This document shows, one piece after another, positions 43,460-53,770 of a stretch of DNA of 64,000 nucleotides (position 1 is the first letter of the stretch; each line of letters opens with the position of its first letter). The notes under the pieces were generated by a model. It did no database searches and had not been told where the DNA came from. It worked only from the letters and a program-made list of their open reading frames with translations. Location: contig SLJL01000008.1 of the NCBI GenBank assembly GCA_007135105.1, positions 26,736 through 90,735 of the forward strand, in the 5' to 3' direction. Position numbers and translations under genes: made by a program. This DNA comes from Candidatus Izemoplasma sp. GTDB taxonomy: Bacteria; Bacillota_I; Bacilli_A; Izemoplasmatales; Izemoplasmataceae.

Positions 43460-44290
43460 CTATTTCTTCTTACGTCTGACGATCAAGCGTGAGCTTGCTT
43501 TTTTCTTACGACGGGTTTTAAGGCCAAGGGTTTTCTTGCCCCATGGTGACATCGGTGATTTTAGACCGATTGGTTGACGACCTTCACCACCACCGTGTGG
43601 ATGGTCGTTCGGGTTCATGACAGAACCGCGTACGGTTGGCTTGATGCCACGATGACGGTTACGTCCCGCTTTACCGTAGTTGATGAGTTCGTGGTCTTCA
43701 TTGCCGACTTCACCGATGGTTGCACGACAAGTTCCGAGGATACGACGCACCTCTCCCGAGGCGAGTTTGACCAGTACATACTTATCCTCGCGACCGAGAA
43801 TTTGAGCACGGGCGCCGGCGCTGCGGGCGAGTTGCCCACCTTTACCTGGTGTCAGTTCGATGTTGTGGATGACGGTACCAACGGGTATGCTCTTCAATGT
43901 TTTGGCATTGCCGTTACGAATGTCAGCTGTTTCACCGGATTCGATTTGGTCGCCAACTTTCAATCCTTTGGGTGCGATGATATAACGTTTCTCACCGTCC
44001 GCATAGTGAACGAGTGCGATGTTCGCACTGCGATTCGGATCGTACTCGATGGTCGCTACGCGAGCGGGCACACCATCTTTATTACGTTTGAAGTCGATGA
44101 GGCGATACTTTCTTTTTGCACCGCCACCGTGATGGCGTACAGTTATCTTTCCTTGATTGTTACGACCTGATCTTTTATCAATTTTGACAAGAAGTGATTT
44201 TTCGGGAGTATTGGTGGTGATTTCCGAGAAATCCAGACTAGTCATATGTCTACGACCATTTGTCGTCGGTTTATACTTCTTTAGAGCCAT
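43460..44290 (-). CDS. rplB: 50S ribosomal protein L2
   Basis: 276-aa ORF containing [14 protein letters not shown]. Confidence 0.98.
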   Translation of the reverse strand: MALKKYKPTTNGRRHMTSLDFSEITTNTPEKSLLVKIDKRSGRNNQGKITVRHHGGGAKRKYRLIDFKRNKDGVPARVATIEYDPNRSANIALVHYADGEKRYIIAPKGLKVGDQIESGETADIRNGNAKTLKSIPVGTVIHNIELTPGKGGQLARSAGARAQILGREDKYVLVKLASGEVRRILGTCRATIGEVGNEDHELINYGKAGRNRHRGIKPTVRGSVMNPNDHPHGGGEGRQPIGLKSPMSPWGKKTLGLKTRRKKKASSRLIVRRKKK

Positions 44291-44318
44291 TAGAGTAACC
44301 TCCTTTTTCCATGATTAG

Positions 44319-44603
44319 TTACGATGAGAATATTTCGATTTTGTTATCTGCAGCGAGGGTGACGATAGCTTTTGCTGTTTCGCTTTTAAAGCCTTCATAT
44401 TGACCAACACGTTTTTTCTTGCGTTTGGTGTTGAGGATATTCACTTTGAGAACGGTTACTTCAAAAAGTTCCTCGACGGCTTTTTTCACTTGAATTTTAT
44501 TTGCACGCTTATCGACGGAAAACGTGTATTTGTTTTGTTCCTCGACAAGTTGCATGCTTTTTTCCGTGATAATAGGACGCTTGATAATTTCTGAGGATAA
44601 CAT
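44319..44603 (-). CDS. rplW: 50S ribosomal protein L23
   Basis: 94-aa ORF between rplD and rplB, containing [11 protein letters not shown]. Confidence 0.96.
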   Translation of the reverse strand: MLSSEIIKRPIITEKSMQLVEEQNKYTFSVDKRANKIQVKKAVEELFEVTVLKVNILNTKRKKKRVGQYEGFKSETAKAIVTLAADNKIEIFSS

Positions 44604-45226
44604 TATGCAAGCACCTCCTCATACAATTTGACAGCGGCTTCTGTCGTGATGACAATCGAACTGTGCAGCAAGTCATAGACACTGGCTTGTGCCACAGTCG
44701 CAACCGATGCGTTGGGAATGTTTCTCGTTGAAAGTTCGATGTTGACATCATTCTCAGGAAGGATGATCAGAACTTTGTCGCTGACTTTCAAATTGCTCAG
44801 TACTTCGAGCATAGCTTTGGTTTTTGGCTGTTCAACAGAAAGGTTGTCCAGCACAAACAATGTTTCGTCTTTGATTTTTTGTGACAGAGCCGATTTGAAG
44901 GCAAGCTTTCTTACCTTACGGTTCACTTTCAGGGTGTAATCACGGGGTGTCGGTCCAAAGACCACGCCGCCTCCGACCCATTGAGGTGAACGAATTGAAC
45001 CTTGTCTTGCACGGCCTGTCCCTTTTTGACGCCACGGCTTACGACCGCCGCCACGAACTTCACTGCGCGTTTTTGCTTTATGTGTGCCTTGACGACTGTT
45101 GGCTCGAATGGCCTTTACAACGTCATAGAGCACTTGTTGATTTGGTTCGATACCGAATACGGCATCCGCCAAGTTAACTTCACCAACGTTTTGTCCACTT
45201 TGATTTAACAATGCTACTTTTGGCAT
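44603..45226 (-). CDS. rplD: 50S ribosomal protein L4
   Basis: Start trimmed to ATG 45226 ([11 protein letters not shown]) after AAGGAGG. Contains [20 protein letters not shown]. Confidence 0.96.
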   Translation of the reverse strand: MPKVALLNQSGQNVGEVNLADAVFGIEPNQQVLYDVVKAIRANSRQGTHKAKTRSEVRGGGRKPWRQKGTGRARQGSIRSPQWVGGGVVFGPTPRDYTLKVNRKVRKLAFKSALSQKIKDETLFVLDNLSVEQPKTKAMLEVLSNLKVSDKVLIILPENDVNIELSTRNIPNASVATVAQASVYDLLHSSIVITTEAAVKLYEEVLA

Positions 45227-45252
45227 TTCAAATCCTCCTTTCAAATGATGGG

Positions 45253-45999
45253 CTATGATTCTTCCTTGATGGTTTCTTCTTGTGCTTCTGGTTTTTCTTG
45301 TGTTTCAGGTTGTTCTTGTGTTTCAGGTTCTTCCTGTTTGATATATTGTTCGGGGTTGAGTACTTCGATATCGCCTTGTTTGATACCGTTTTTGATGAAG
45401 AGAAGACCGCGTCTCGGTCCAGGAACATTTCCTTTAATCAGTAATAGATTTTTTTCTTCATCCACTGTGACAATTTCCAGATTTTGGATGGTCACACGCT
45501 CAGCACCCATATGTCCAGGTAGATTCTTACCTTTACGTACATGCATCGGATCAATCGGTCCCATTGAACCGGGCCCACGATGATAGTGTGATCCATGTGT
45601 CATTGGACCGCGCGACTGATTGTGTCGCTTGATGTTTCCCTGGAATCCTTTACCTTTGGATGTCCCGGTTACATCGACGATTTCGCCGCTTTCAAAGATA
45701 TTGACACCAATCTCCTGACCTACTTCGAAATTACCCAGTTCTTTGCCGATAATTTCTCTAATGTAGCGCTTAGGGTTGGTATTCGATTTGGCGACATGTC
45801 CGCGTTCTGGTTTGTTCGCCAGCGATTCACGCTTGTCTTTGTAGCCTAACTGAACAGCTTCGTATCCGTCAGTCTCGTTTGTTTTCTTTTGTAGAACAAC
45901 ATTAGGCTCACATTTAACGACGGTGACAGGGACTAATTTACCTGCATCATTGAAAATTTGAGTCATTCCTACTTTTGTTCCTAAGATACCTTTGGCCAT
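45253..45999 (-). CDS. rplC: 50S ribosomal protein L3 with an acidic repeat-containing C-terminal tail
   Basis: 248-aa ORF starting [16 protein letters not shown]. After the normal L3 end (LLFIKNGIK) about 38 extra residues follow, including [18 protein letters not shown]. Confidence 0.96.
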   Translation of the reverse strand: MAKGILGTKVGMTQIFNDAGKLVPVTVVKCEPNVVLQKKTNETDGYEAVQLGYKDKRESLANKPERGHVAKSNTNPKRYIREIIGKELGNFEVGQEIGVNIFESGEIVDVTGTSKGKGFQGNIKRHNQSRGPMTHGSHYHRGPGSMGPIDPMHVRKGKNLPGHMGAERVTIQNLEIVTVDEEKNLLLIKGNVPGPRRGLLFIKNGIKQGDIEVLNPEQYIKQEEPETQEQPETQEKPEAQEETIKEES

Positions 46000-46014
46000 G
46001 AGTACACCTCCTAA

Positions 46015-46320
46015 TTATTTTAATATGATATCCACGCCAGATGGTAAATCCAAGTGCATTAAACGATCAATGGTTTGCGGGTTGGGGTCGATGATGTCGA
46101 TGAGTCGTTTATGCGTTCTGCGTTCAAATTGTTCACGAGAAGTTTTGTTAACGTGAACACTCCGCAAAATGGTAAACACCTCTTTTTCGGTTGGCAACGG
46201 AATTGGACCGGAAACTTTTGAACCGGTTTTCTTCACCGTATCAACAATCTTTTTCGCTGATTGATCCAACAACCTGTGGTCGTATGATTTCAATCTGATT
46301 CTGATGTTTTGACTTGCCAT
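46015..46320 (-). CDS. rpsJ: 30S ribosomal protein S10
   Basis: Start trimmed to ATG 46320 ([19 protein letters not shown]) after AAGGAGG. Confidence 0.97.
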   Translation of the reverse strand: MASQNIRIRLKSYDHRLLDQSAKKIVDTVKKTGSKVSGPIPLPTEKEVFTILRSVHVNKTSREQFERRTHKRLIDIIDPNPQTIDRLMHLDLPSGVDIILK

Positions 46321-46457
46321 TATGCAGTTCCTCCTTTCGCCTATGTTCATAGTATAGACTTGCTCCGTGGAAATTTACTTGACACTTTCAAGACAACGCC
46401 TATCGGTGTGTCAACAACCTCCCACTTCACAGCCAGACTTTCTTCAAAGTCTTTGAC

Positions 46458-46486
46458 ATAATATCAAAAAAAAAGACCCTTTGCAA
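46458..46486 (-). promoter_or_regulatory. Putative sigma-A promoter of the S10 operon
   Basis: Minus strand reads TTGCAA (46481..46486), 17 nt, TATTAT (46458..46463). A leader of about 135 nt with a short hairpin (AGACTTT gaag AAAGTCT) precedes rpsJ. Confidence 0.55.
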
Positions 46487-46532
46487 GTCTTTTTAATTGA
46501 TTTCTGAAATTAATGTCGGCATGGAGCTTCTG

Positions 46533-47066
46533 TCATTTGGAAAAAGGCTGGTTTGCCAATTTTTTATGCATAGCGATGTATTCAAGCAGACTGGCCTTAA
46601 GATTGGTGTATAGATCCAAATAATCAGTAAAGGTAACAAAGTTGTCTATCATATATACTAGCCAACTTTCCACGTATGTTGGTGGTTTGAGATTGAGAGG
46701 AAACATATGTTTTATGATGATATCCTTTTCTATAGGACCGATTTCGAAATGCGTAACAGCATTTGCGTATGCCACTTTAGCGTGTGTGAAACCGTGTTTT
46801 TTTAAACCCCTCTTTTTGGATTTCCTTCCTTCAATGTGCCAATCGTAAAGGAAAAAATCATGTAACAATGCGCCTTTAACGACTGTATCGGCCTCAATAG
46901 TCAGTTTTTTGGCAAGCCAGAAACTCATATAGGCCACAATGATAGCGTGATCATATACACTAGTCGTATCGTGATGGATATAAGCGCGTTGTGATTCGAA
47001 TAGGGGATGTTCCAATACCGGGCGGGCAAGTCGAAAGAAAGCCGCGAAATCACGTGGGTTATTCAT
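46533..47066 (-). CDS. HD-domain phosphohydrolase family protein
   Basis: 177-aa ORF with a His...HD metal-site pattern (IHHDTTSVYDH, GALLHDF, HGFTH). Overlaps the upstream membrane-protein gene by 8 nt. Confidence 0.7.
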   Translation of the reverse strand: MNNPRDFAAFFRLARPVLEHPLFESQRAYIHHDTTSVYDHAIIVAYMSFWLAKKLTIEADTVVKGALLHDFFLYDWHIEGRKSKKRGLKKHGFTHAKVAYANAVTHFEIGPIEKDIIIKHMFPLNLKPPTYVESWLVYMIDNFVTFTDYLDLYTNLKASLLEYIAMHKKLANQPFSK

Positions 47067-47919
47067 CTTTTTTTTCCTTTTTGCTCTTGCGGTTCTTTAA
47101 CGCGATTCGCATCTTAGGAAATGCTTTGTAAAATCGGCTGCCCGTGATTTTTCTAACCGTGTTTTTAAGTGCGTCATGATCCTTTTTGACTATTGTTCTC
47201 TTTTCTTCCGGTGGAATTGATTTGATTTGATCGATCATTTGACGAATATACTGAATGGTTTCTTGTTTTTTGATTGTTTGTGCGATCTGTTTAGCGCGTT
47301 CGACGAGTTTCTGTCTCGTTTGACTGCTCTTTACCATCTGACTTGTGGTCAAATTAAAGCGATCCGTTCTTGTTTTAAGTTCGAGCAATAGACGATGAAA
47401 ATCTATTAGGGCGATGGTGGTGAAAATATAGTCAATCAACAAGACTATTACGAGTGTGGTTGTGAGGGTTTGCATGAAAGAATAATCCAGACTTCTAATC
47501 CCAGGTACGACAAGCGGGTTATGAAAAAAACCGAAAAGCAATGTCCCCATAACTCCCCACATAATAGAGAATTGTAGACTTATGAACCCCTTATAATTGA
47601 ATTTAAGATGGGAATAATCCCACCATCGAGCTTCAAACAGATGATATAAAAGTACGCCGCCTACCAGTTCGGCGAAGGTTGATAATATTGTGACAAAGAC
47701 GAATAATATGCCAATGTGCCAAACGCTATTGGTGGAAAAATCCGGGATCAACCAAGCCATGTTGAGATGCAGAAAAATTGCACTAATCCCATATATGGGT
47801 AAAAATGGGCCATTTAAAAAGCCGCGATTTATGAAGCGTCGATGTTTATAGGCCTGATAGATTACTTCTACAATCCAACCGATAAAAGAATAGACGAAAA
47901 AATATAAAACGAGTTCCAT
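47059..47919 (-). CDS. Polytopic membrane protein resembling the 'putative ABC-transporter type IV' family (PF06541-like) with a charged coiled C-terminal tail
   Basis: The N-terminus FVYSFIGWIVEVIYQAY...NRGFLNGPFLPIYG matches my recollection of that family signature. Start is uncertain (ATG 47919 after GGGG; the ORF track starts at 47931). Confidence 0.6.
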   Translation of the reverse strand: MELVLYFFVYSFIGWIVEVIYQAYKHRRFINRGFLNGPFLPIYGISAIFLHLNMAWLIPDFSTNSVWHIGILFVFVTILSTFAELVGGVLLYHLFEARWWDYSHLKFNYKGFISLQFSIMWGVMGTLLFGFFHNPLVVPGIRSLDYSFMQTLTTTLVIVLLIDYIFTTIALIDFHRLLLELKTRTDRFNLTTSQMVKSSQTRQKLVERAKQIAQTIKKQETIQYIRQMIDQIKSIPPEEKRTIVKKDHDALKNTVRKITGSRFYKAFPKMRIALKNRKSKKEKKDE

Positions 47920-47971
47920 ATGCATCCCCACTTTAGCATCATTATAGCATCGACCTGTAAGCTCTCACAAT

Positions 47972-48004
47972 ATAAAAGTGGTTTTACCAGTGAGGTAAAA
48001 CCAC
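47972..48004 (-). terminator. Strong rho-independent terminator after arcB
   Basis: 11-bp stem GTGGTTTTACC (47978..47988) / GGTAAAACCAC (47994..48004) with a 5-nt loop, followed on the minus strand by UUUUAUAUU. Lies 10 nt after the arcB stop. Confidence 0.85.
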
Positions 48005-48014
48005 ATATAGTGAA

Positions 48015-49034
48015 TTAGTGATTATCACTCATGGTAGCAAGCATGACTGCCTTGATGGTATGAAGTCTGTTTTCAGCTTCGTCGAAAACCTTGCTTTGAC
48101 CGGATTCGATAACACTATCAGTCACTTCCATCTCGCCGTTTTTAACCTGCTTGTATTCGTCACCGAACTCTTTTGCGATTTGTCGTCCTATTTCAGTGTC
48201 TGTCCCGTGGAAAGCCGGTAAACAATGCATGAAAATAGCGTTTTTCGAAGCGTTTCTCATCAACTTATCATCTACTTGATACCCGTGTAGTTGCCCGAGT
48301 CTAGAACGCCAGACATCCTTCGGTTCTCCCATGGAAACCCATACGTCGGTATAGATGACATCGGCATTTCTGCTGCCTTCTAGAGGGGTTTCAGTGAAGA
48401 CAATGGTCGAGCCGTTGTCTTTCGCCAAAGCCTTGCAGTGTTCTATCAAGTGTGATTCAGGCCATAACGTTTTTGGTGCAACACCAGTAAAATTTATACC
48501 TAATTTGGCCGCACCAATCATAAGGCTGTTTCCCATGTTGTTGCGAGCATCACCGATGTAAGTGAAATTGATGCCGTCCAATTTTCCGAAGTTTTCTTTC
48601 ACAGTAAGAAAATCAGCAAGAATCTGTGTGGGGTGGTACAAGTCCGTTAGACCATTCCAAACCGGAACGCCAGCATGTTCTGCGAGCTGCTCGACGTCGG
48701 AATGCAAGTATCCGCGAAATTGAATGCCGTCATACATTCTGCCAAGAACACGGGCCGTATCCTTAATTGATTCTTTTGTACCCATTTGTGAACCGCTTGG
48801 TCCAAGATATGTTACGGCCATCCCCAAATCGTAGGCGCCGACCTCGAAAGCGCATCGAGTACGGGTCGAATCTTTTTGAAATAACAACACAACGTTTTTC
48901 CCCTCTAAATGTTTGTGGGGTATTCCTTTTTGTTTCTCCTGTTTCAGCCTAGCCGACAATTCGATTAGGTACAAAATCTCTTCTTTTGAAAAATCAAGCA
49001 GTGTAACAAAGCTTCTTCCTTTTAGATTCATCAT
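48015..49034 (-). CDS. arcB: Ornithine carbamoyltransferase (catabolic by context)
   Basis: Has OTC motifs STRTRCAFE, HPTQ and HCLPAFH. Start is at ATG 49034 or 49031 after AGGAG. Lies directly downstream of arcA. Confidence 0.93.
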   Translation of the reverse strand: MMNLKGRSFVTLLDFSKEEILYLIELSARLKQEKQKGIPHKHLEGKNVVLLFQKDSTRTRCAFEVGAYDLGMAVTYLGPSGSQMGTKESIKDTARVLGRMYDGIQFRGYLHSDVEQLAEHAGVPVWNGLTDLYHPTQILADFLTVKENFGKLDGINFTYIGDARNNMGNSLMIGAAKLGINFTGVAPKTLWPESHLIEHCKALAKDNGSTIVFTETPLEGSRNADVIYTDVWVSMGEPKDVWRSRLGQLHGYQVDDKLMRNASKNAIFMHCLPAFHGTDTEIGRQIAKEFGDEYKQVKNGEMEVTDSVIESGQSKVFDEAENRLHTIKAVMLATMSDNH

Positions 49035-49044
49035 CAATACGCTC

Positions 49045-50259
49045 CTATTTTATGTTTTCTCTAATGATTGGCATACTCATGCAGCGTGGTCCGCCTCGCC
49101 CTCTTGATAGCTCGCTGGAGGGAATTTCTAGAACCGTAATGCCCTTTTTCCTCAACAGATCATTTGTAACGTGATTCCGTGAGTATGCAATGACTTTTCC
49201 AGGCTCAACAGCTAGTGTATTCGCACCATCAGACCACTGTTCTCTTTCGCTTGCCACCACATCGTCGCCACCGCACATGACGAGTTCAACTGTATGTTTC
49301 AAGTGCTTTTCAAGTATATCCTGTAGATTCGATACCATTTTTACGATATTCAATCCGTTACTTTTTTTAGTTATCTCAAATACGGTTATTTTATCCATAA
49401 TACCTGGGTGGACGGTAAAAACGTGATGATCAACTTGTGTGAAGACAGTGTCCAGGTGCATGAAAGCTCTGGTTTTCGGTATATTTATTGCAAGAATCGT
49501 CTTGAACGTTTCTCCCTTGGCAAACAGTTTCGAAGCGATTTTCTCTATGGCGAAAGGATTGGTTCTTTCACTAATTCCGATTGCCAGAGTGTTTTCATTC
49601 AAGACCAGAATATCTCCGCCTTCAAGAGGTTCTGATTCGGTTCTGGTGTAGTAGGTGGGCAATGTCCCTTGATTGAACCGCGGATGATATCTAAGCATAT
49701 AATCTCCAAAGATGGATTCCCTTTGGCGTGTGTCCGTGTGCATCTTGTGAATACTCACGCCTCTTCCGATAGACGCAAATGGGTCACGTTGGAAAATAAT
49801 ATTCGGCATGGGATCCGTGTAAAAAGGATACTCTTTTTCCAGCATATCCATAATGGAGTCTTCCTCGTCAACCTGGATTTCTCTCGTTCGGATGCCTTCG
49901 ATCATTTTTCTGACCATGGCATTGGTATCCATCGTTTTCAAGTACTCGAAGATTGCGGATTTAACCTGTTTTGATTTAATGGTAGTTTCATCAATAAATT
50001 GTTTGATGAAATGATCGACGATTTCCGGATTTTCATCTAGCGCTTCACTCACCATTTGATCAAGATATAGGACTTCCACATCTTCATTTCTAAGTGTATC
50101 AGCAAAAGCGTCGTGTTCCTTTTGAGCCACTTCCAGAAAAGGTATTTCATCAAATAGTAGCCGTTTAAGTACAGATGGTGTTAAATTTTCCAGTTCTTTG
50201 CCTGGTCGATATAACAACACTGTTTTCAGTTTCCCTATTTCCGAGTAGACATTAATCAT
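49045..50259 (-). CDS. arcA: Arginine deiminase
   Basis: Starts MINVYSEIGKLKTVLLYRPG and ends with the catalytic-Cys segment RGRGGPRCMSMP. I favour the ATG at 50259; the ORF track begins at a GTG at 50268. Confidence 0.93.
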   Translation of the reverse strand: MINVYSEIGKLKTVLLYRPGKELENLTPSVLKRLLFDEIPFLEVAQKEHDAFADTLRNEDVEVLYLDQMVSEALDENPEIVDHFIKQFIDETTIKSKQVKSAIFEYLKTMDTNAMVRKMIEGIRTREIQVDEEDSIMDMLEKEYPFYTDPMPNIIFQRDPFASIGRGVSIHKMHTDTRQRESIFGDYMLRYHPRFNQGTLPTYYTRTESEPLEGGDILVLNENTLAIGISERTNPFAIEKIASKLFAKGETFKTILAINIPKTRAFMHLDTVFTQVDHHVFTVHPGIMDKITVFEITKKSNGLNIVKMVSNLQDILEKHLKHTVELVMCGGDDVVASEREQWSDGANTLAVEPGKVIAYSRNHVTNDLLRKKGITVLEIPSSELSRGRGGPRCMSMPIIRENIK

Positions 50260-50271
50260 GTGCTTCACATC

Positions 50272-51351
50272 CTATTCTTTGTAAACCCTCGGTACTCTAT
50301 ATGTAATCATACAAAACACTTCGTAACTAATAGTGTCCAGCCTTCCGGCCACATCATCGATCGAGACAACACTATCTCCAAAAATCGTGATGATGTCAGC
50401 CTTGGTTATCGTATCGTCTATCCTTATAAACATCTGATCCATGCATATGCGTCCAACGATAGGATAAGATTTCCCATTGATTGAGACGACACCGTTTTGG
50501 TTCTTGCGGATGATCCCATCGGCATACCCTACCGGCAAGACGCCGATTGTTTCGTTTTCGATGGCTTCATATGTAATGCCATATCCAAGTTTCTCGCCTT
50601 TTTTCAGATGTTTGATTTCAGCAATCTGCGTCATTAGTTTGTATGTGGGTAATAGTTGGGTGATGTCTTCTTCAAGCGTGCTCCCATAAAGTCCGACACC
50701 AACACGGGCATGTGTCGTGTACTGCAATGACTCCTCTAATTTCAACGCCCCGCTCGTATTTGAAAGATGTACCATTTTAGGTCGTTCAGGTAAGCTTTCC
50801 AGGAATTGATTGAACCTTCTCTTCTGCATATTGGAGTACGTCTTATCACCATCTGAAGTCGCGAAATGTGAATAGACGCCCTCGATCGATATATGGTTGT
50901 ATTGCATTGCTTCAAGGTAGACTTTCTTTGCATTTTCATAATCTTTAAAACCCAACCGATTCATACCTGTATCTATTTTGAGATGAAACTTAACACGTTC
51001 TTTCAATGTTTTTATGTAATCAAATAATGTGGCCTGCGAAACAGTAATGGTAATATTATGCGCAGCTGCAATCTTCACGTCTTCAAAAGAGACAACGCCC
51101 ATGACTAAAATCTCTATGTTTTTATAATATCTACGAAGGTCAATTGCCTCTTCCAACAAGCTGACGGCGAAATAGTCTATACCTTGGTTTTTTAAATAGC
51201 CGACGACTTCGATCGCACCATGGCCATAAGCGTTGGCTTTTACTACTGGAATCACTTTCTTCGGAGCAAGCAACTTGCTGAAATAGAGGTAGTTTTTATA
51301 TATGTTGGTTAAATCTATCTCCAACCATGTTTTTCGATAAGAATTATACAT
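50272..51351 (-). CDS. alr: Alanine racemase
   Basis: Has the PLP-Lys motif VVKANAYGHG. Start trimmed to ATG 51351 (MYNSYRKTWLEIDL), 7 nt after GGAG. Overlaps the orr 3' end by 8 nt. Confidence 0.88.
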   Translation of the reverse strand: MYNSYRKTWLEIDLTNIYKNYLYFSKLLAPKKVIPVVKANAYGHGAIEVVGYLKNQGIDYFAVSLLEEAIDLRRYYKNIEILVMGVVSFEDVKIAAAHNITITVSQATLFDYIKTLKERVKFHLKIDTGMNRLGFKDYENAKKVYLEAMQYNHISIEGVYSHFATSDGDKTYSNMQKRRFNQFLESLPERPKMVHLSNTSGALKLEESLQYTTHARVGVGLYGSTLEEDITQLLPTYKLMTQIAEIKHLKKGEKLGYGITYEAIENETIGVLPVGYADGIIRKNQNGVVSINGKSYPIVGRICMDQMFIRIDDTITKADIITIFGDSVVSIDDVAGRLDTISYEVFCMITYRVPRVYKE

Positions 51352-52402
51352 AGACTTTCTCCACATAAGGTGAAGTCATCAGACTAAGCAAGCTCCCGTA
51401 AGTAAGATGGAATTTGATGACGTCTCCGACTTTATAGTTATCGGCCTCGTTCATGATTCCGATAATGACATGGTCACTACTGCTACCGAGTAGTCTTATA
51501 TTCTTGTCCAATGGAATCAGCTCACGAAAATCCACATCTTGTTTCCCAATGGCCAGTATCGCACGATGAATGACACCGAGGTCAACAAAACTGGGAGTTT
51601 TTCCGAATGCATCCATACCGATATCCCCTTCCGGCAGGGACGGTTTTAATTTATATTCAATGATATCCGCTTCTAGTGTAAACACATCATGATAAAGATT
51701 TTCCATCCGGTCCCCATAGGCTGTTTCACGTCCCAATACAGCGGCTTCACCGATTCTTAAGTTGTTGATTTTATCAATGTGAATATCTTTGTGTAAAAGA
51801 TGAAGATGCGATGAATTACCGCCAGATACAATGTCTAGTGCAATGCTGTAAGTCGACTCGATTTTTTCCGTAATGTCCAGTAATTTCGACAATGTGTCTT
51901 TGGTTGGAATTATGCCACCGAAACACGTTAAGTTCGTCCCGACACCTTTTAAATCAATATAATCGAATTTCAAGACCTCGTCCATGATTTTTTTGAGATT
52001 TTCCCAATAGAATATTCCTTCTCGCAAATCGCCAATATCCATCATCAGTATGATACCATGTCTTTTATTATACTTTCTTCCAGCTTCATTCAGCGCACGA
52101 ATTACTGACAACTCAGAATTCAGTGAAATATCGACATTATTGATTACCGACTCGACCTCGTGTATCGAAACCAGACGCAACAAGACTTTTGGAATGGTTG
52201 TAGAGATTTTTTCAAGATTTTTGACACGGGAGTCGGCAATGTAATCAACTCTTTCTTCTTTTAAGATGTCGGTTAATCCCTTGTCCGCACAAAAAACCTT
52301 TGTCACCGCCATCATTGAAATACCGTGACGGTGACATAGATTGGTCAATGTTCTAATGTTGTATCGATACTTGTTCCTGTCGATGATAATTCTTGGATAC
52401 AT
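51344..52402 (-). CDS. orr: Alanine-racemase-fold PLP enzyme, predicted ornithine racemase
   Basis: 352-aa ORF of the 'predicted amino-acid racemase' type (MAVTKVF Lys region) with RBS GAGGTG. Assigned from its position inside the ora/ort/ord cluster, as in Clostridium sticklandii. Confidence 0.7.
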   Translation of the reverse strand: MYPRIIIDRNKYRYNIRTLTNLCHRHGISMMAVTKVFCADKGLTDILKEERVDYIADSRVKNLEKISTTIPKVLLRLVSIHEVESVINNVDISLNSELSVIRALNEAGRKYNKRHGIILMMDIGDLREGIFYWENLKKIMDEVLKFDYIDLKGVGTNLTCFGGIIPTKDTLSKLLDITEKIESTYSIALDIVSGGNSSHLHLLHKDIHIDKINNLRIGEAAVLGRETAYGDRMENLYHDVFTLEADIIEYKLKPSLPEGDIGMDAFGKTPSFVDLGVIHRAILAIGKQDVDFRELIPLDKNIRLLGSSSDHVIIGIMNEADNYKVGDVIKFHLTYGSLLSLMTSPYVEKVYV

Positions 52403-52405
52403 CGT

Positions 52406-53770
52406 TTACACCTCGTTTATACGTAAAGATGTCTCCATCAATTTTCGGGCGATATCCTCGTAGTCCAGAGATAACACACCCATCGATGACATAATATAAT
52501 CTGAATCTTTATAGATCACCACTTCATGCGTCGGTACCATTTTTTTCTTTTTCGATTTGAAATATTCCTGAATGATATTCTCTGTATTTTCAAGATATAT
52601 CAGTGCTCCACCAGTAAGAATGACGCTTTGGACTTGTGTTAAATCGCGACCTTCAGGTACGATTTTTCGACCGCTTGAAGTATACACTGTGCGGTAATCG
52701 CCGATATGACGGTCTAGAGCGGTGAAGACACAATGTCTAGTCAGTTCATATACCAAGCGCCTTTCAATATCGGATTGCGGTTTGTAATTATAATTTTCAA
52801 GGATTTCATCTAGTTCAGGGACGGTCAAATTGAGTTTTGTGGCTAAAACGTTTTTCCCCATCTGATGCACAACATTCTGGTAGTTCACAAAAACACCCAA
52901 GTCACCTTCGACGGTTCTTTTTTCTTTCGGTTCACCATCGTAATGTTCTTGAAACTCTTCGTTTACATCGGTAATGGAGTGAATATCGGTGGTTGCTCCA
53001 CCGACATCAATCACGAGAAGATTTCCTAGTGATTCATGCATCAACATAGCTGCTTCCATGACAGAACCTGGTGTCGGCATAATCGCACCTTCAACCATAT
53101 CTTTTATGTGTTGCATGCCAGGAGCATGGATGATATGCTTTTCAAATATCTCGTAGATTTTTCTTCTGAGTGGTTGTATATTCATGAAATCAAGTCTTGG
53201 ATAGACATTTTCAACCAATGTTACATAATCTTTTTGGTTGTGATTAGACATGAAATTTTTAATTCGCTCATGATTTTCAATATTGCCAGCATATATAATT
53301 GGCGTGTTGAAGTTCATTTGAGCAATGCCGATGAGATTTTCCAAGGCGACAGTTTTATCGCCATAATCCGTACCACCGGAAACAAGAATAATATTTGGCT
53401 TGATTTCCTCGATTCTTGCATAGTCACCATCCAAAAGAGGTCCGGCTGTTACAAGGTGAATGTTCGCTCCCGCATTCAAAGCAGCTTCTCTTGCCGCTTT
53501 GACGGTCATGTCATAAACCAAGCCTGAAACTGTCATTTTCAATCCACCTGCAGCGCTTGAAGTAGCATACATCGCATTGTACTTCAGCTTTTGACGATTT
53601 ATCTTCGCTTTCAGATCCTTGATGGCTTCTCTTAGACCGATATTAACATCTTTATTGACGGTGGTTTGTGCCACACCTTGTCCAAGGTATGCAACTTCCT
53701 TTTTAACCGAAAATGCATTGACCACTGTGGTTGTACTTCCGATCTCGGCTACTACAAGGTTAACGTGCAC
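52406..53770 (-). CDS. GlmL/MutL-like protein (putative B12-mutase reactivating/accessory factor)
   Basis: 454-aa ORF with actin/HSP70-like ATPase phosphate motifs (VAEIGSTTT; VIDVGGATTDIH). Its GTG start overlaps the oraE stop region. It follows the aminomutase genes immediately. Confidence 0.6.
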   Translation of the reverse strand: MHVNLVVAEIGSTTTVVNAFSVKKEVAYLGQGVAQTTVNKDVNIGLREAIKDLKAKINRQKLKYNAMYATSSAAGGLKMTVSGLVYDMTVKAAREAALNAGANIHLVTAGPLLDGDYARIEEIKPNIILVSGGTDYGDKTVALENLIGIAQMNFNTPIIYAGNIENHERIKNFMSNHNQKDYVTLVENVYPRLDFMNIQPLRRKIYEIFEKHIIHAPGMQHIKDMVEGAIMPTPGSVMEAAMLMHESLGNLLVIDVGGATTDIHSITDVNEEFQEHYDGEPKEKRTVEGDLGVFVNYQNVVHQMGKNVLATKLNLTVPELDEILENYNYKPQSDIERRLVYELTRHCVFTALDRHIGDYRTVYTSSGRKIVPEGRDLTQVQSVILTGGALIYLENTENIIQEYFKSKKKKMVPTHEVVIYKDSDYIMSSMGVLSLDYEDIARKLMETSLRINEV

